NCBI GenBank assembly: GCA_021776795.1
Contig: JAJFFC010000008.1
Location: forward strand, 314,738 to 378,737
DNA length: 64,000 nucleotides
DNA from: Planctomycetota bacterium
GTDB lineage: Bacteria > Planctomycetota > UBA1135
Reading direction: 5' to 3'
The notes below the pieces were generated by a model that had not been told where the DNA came from, searched no databases, and was given only the letters and a program-made list of their open reading frames with translations. Shown here one piece after another: positions 61,758-64,000 of this stretch (position 1 is the stretch's first letter; the number at the start of each line of letters is the position of its first letter). Position numbers and translations under genes: made by a program.

Positions 61758-62755
61758 TGCACCACTCGGTGCAGTCCGCTGCACCCCTCGCTCCCACCAT
61801 CCCCGCTTCCTGCTACATGAAACAGAGCACAGCTAGTCGTCCTCGCCGCCGTCGTGAACTCGACAAGGTCAACGCCTACTTCATCTTGACTGCGCATGTC
61901 CTTGCGGTAGTCGCCGTGTTGTACATGATTTTCGGGACGTTCTCGTGGTGGAGTCTTGGACTCGGCATCTTCTACGCATGGATTTGCACGCTGTCCATTA
62001 GCGCGGGTTACCACCGCCTGTTCTCGCACCCGACTTACCGCGCGCACTGGATTCTGCGCGCCATGTATCTCTTCTTCGGCGCGGCTTCGATTCAGAACTC
62101 CGCACTAAAGTGGTCTTCGGACCACCGCACTCACCACGGGGAGGTCGATCGCAAAGACGATCCCTACAACATCCGCAAAGGATTCTGGTGGGCGCACATC
62201 GGTTGGGTGCTGCACCGCGGCCCCGAAGGCGACTTCTCCAATGTGCCGGACCTGAAGAAGGACCGCCTGGTGATGTTGCAGCACAAGCACTACCTGCTTT
62301 GGGCCATTCTTTCCGCAGGCGTCTTGCCGCTTTGCCTGGGTTTCCTGTGGGGAGACCCGATTGGCGCATTGTTGATTGCTGGCTTCCTGCGCATCGTGGT
62401 CGATTGGCACAGCACCTTCTCGATTAACTCGGTGGCGCACATGATTGGTAGCCGCCCTTACTCGCTGGCGAACTCCGCACGCGACTCTTTCTTGACCGCC
62501 TTGGTCACGATGGGCGAGGGCTATCACAACTTCCACCACCGCTTCGCCAACGATTACCGCAATGGCGTGCGCTGGTTCCACTTCGATCCAACCAAGTGGT
62601 GGGTTTGGACCTTGTCCAAGGTCAACCTTACTTGGGACCTCAAGCGCGCCTCACGCGATGCCATTCTCAGCGCTCGCGCCAAAGTCAAGGCCGAAGTCGC
62701 TGCGCGCAAGGCGGAACTTCGCGCGCGGAAGTTGAAGCCGCAGACGAATCCTTAA
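61757..62755 (+). CDS. Acyl-CoA/acyl-lipid delta-9 desaturase
   Basis: His boxes HRLFSH, HRTHH, HNFHH; start at 61757 or 61817. Confidence 0.9.
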   Translation: MHHSVQSAAPLAPTIPASCYMKQSTASRPRRRRELDKVNAYFILTAHVLAVVAVLYMIFGTFSWWSLGLGIFYAWICTLSISAGYHRLFSHPTYRAHWILRAMYLFFGAASIQNSALKWSSDHRTHHGEVDRKDDPYNIRKGFWWAHIGWVLHRGPEGDFSNVPDLKKDRLVMLQHKHYLLWAILSAGVLPLCLGFLWGDPIGALLIAGFLRIVVDWHSTFSINSVAHMIGSRPYSLANSARDSFLTALVTMGEGYHNFHHRFANDYRNGVRWFHFDPTKWWVWTLSKVNLTWDLKRASRDAILSARAKVKAEVAARKAELRARKLKPQTNP

Positions 62756-62786
62756 GCCCAGGCTATCGCCCTTCTGCGGGCCGGGA

Positions 62787-63656
62787 TTAACCCTGCCAAA
62801 GCTTAGACTGCACGCCGTCGCGACCGACGATGCGCAAGGGCTTGCCATCTTCCTCGCATAGATAGCGAGTGAGGTCGTCGACGCCCAGCTCTTCGAGAAC
62901 TTCTTCGTCGATGAGGCAGCGGCCTTGCACCTTTTCTTCGGGGAGGGACAAGATGCCGAGCACAGCGTCGGCAAGGATGTCAGCCTTGCGCCAATCTTTG
63001 GGACCGCCGAGCCCATGATTGATCGTGGCCTGAGATTCAATCGCGGTGGCTGGCCATAGCGCACAAGAGTGCACGCCGCTGCCCTGCACTTCATCGCCTA
63101 GGCCCATGGCCAACAGGCTCATGCCGAACTTGGAAATGCAGTAGCCGGTTTTGCCGCGCATCATGCTGCGGTCCAGCGGAGGTGACATTTGCACCACCAG
63201 CCCGCGGCCACGCGCGACCATGTCTCCCACCACTAGGTGGCTCAGCAAAAAAGCGCCACGGACGTTGACGTCCATCATCAGGTCGAAGCGCTTTGGTGGG
63301 GTATCCACCACGGGCTTCCACCACAAGGCGCCGGCGTTATTGATCAAGATGTCGATGCCACCAAACGTGTCCTTCGCTGCGGCGACTAGTTGTTCTAGAT
63401 CTTGTTGCGAACGCACATCGGTCTTCACCGCTAGGGCTCTGCGGCCCAACTTCTCGACTTCAGATGCTGTTTCGTGAATGCTGCCTGGTAGAGATTCGCG
63501 CCCGCGTTCACTTTTGGCCGCAATCACGATGTCGGCACCGGCTCGCGCCAGGGAAAGCGCGATGTTGCGACCGATGCCTCGGCTTGCGCCTGTAATCAGG
63601 GCAATCTGGCCGCTCAAATCGGGAGCAGAAAAGGGTGGTTCGTGAATCGCGGACAT
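62787..63656 (-). CDS. SDR oxidoreductase, HSDL2-like
   Basis: TGASRGIG, AAKS..LPGSI, MSPPL, YCISKFGMS, LWP. Confidence 0.88.
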   Translation of the reverse strand: MSAIHEPPFSAPDLSGQIALITGASRGIGRNIALSLARAGADIVIAAKSERGRESLPGSIHETASEVEKLGRRALAVKTDVRSQQDLEQLVAAAKDTFGGIDILINNAGALWWKPVVDTPPKRFDLMMDVNVRGAFLLSHLVVGDMVARGRGLVVQMSPPLDRSMMRGKTGYCISKFGMSLLAMGLGDEVQGSGVHSCALWPATAIESQATINHGLGGPKDWRKADILADAVLGILSLPEEKVQGRCLIDEEVLEELGVDDLTRYLCEEDGKPLRIVGRDGVQSKLWQG

Positions 63657-63664
63657 GGTTGGCC

Positions 63665-64000
63665 CTACTTAGCCTGCTCTTGCTTGGCGATTTCTTCGTC
63701 GCGTAGTTCGCGGCGCAACAGCTTCATCATGGAAGACTTGGGTAACTCGCTGCGAATCTCCCAGTGCTTAGGCACCTTATAGGCCGCCATTTGCTCGCGG
63801 CACCATGCCTCGAGTTCTTCTTCTGTCGCAGAATTGTCAGGATGGAACACGATGAAGGCTTTCACCGTTTCCCCACGCTTCTGATCTGGCACCCCAATGG
63901 TGCAAGACTCAAATACGGCGTGGTGGGCCATTAAGACGCGGTCGATTTCATCGGGGAAGACGTTGTAACCCGAAGCAATGATCATGTCTTTCTTGCGGCC
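63665..64000 (-). CDS. C-terminus of long-chain fatty acid-CoA ligase (5' end outside window)
   Basis: GRKKDMIIASGYNVFPDEID, GETVKAF, AAYKVPK, ELPKS. Confidence 0.88.
   Translation of the reverse strand, partial: GRKKDMIIASGYNVFPDEIDRVLMAHHAVFESCTIGVPDQKRGETVKAFIVFHPDNSATEEELEAWCREQMAAYKVPKHWEIRSELPKSSMMKLLRRELRDEEIAKQEQAK

Overview
A mostly high-GC bacterial chromosomal segment using the standard code with TGA as a common stop. Protein style suggests a Planctomycetota-like organism (inference only). It carries trehalose synthesis/breakdown genes, an ECF sigma/anti-sigma pair, lhgO, two tandem hybrid kinases, nucleotide-sugar genes (rfbC, rfbF, rfaD, epimerases), several secreted peptidases, a Cus/CopA copper-efflux cluster and lipid genes, interrupted by AT-richer accessory blocks. 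The most notable signals are not in the ORF track. (1) A hidden 166-aa lipoprotein gene (31923-32423, minus) has two in-frame TGA codons (S-U-I-U) at the metal-binding site of an HMA-like domain, followed by a SECIS-like hairpin, inside a LysR / outer-membrane barrel operon. (2) A redoxin has its conserved PYG-C-SVK cysteine encoded by TGA, also with a SECIS-like hairpin. (3) Three direct copies of the rfbC 3' end plus terminator delimit a cassette-like array of divergent surface-protein genes, with no recombinase in the window. (4) An ECF-type promoter is shared by the sigma gene and a distant small membrane gene, and two long 3' trailers carry UUAGGG-loop hairpins. No rRNA, tRNA, CRISPR array or transposase was recognised.
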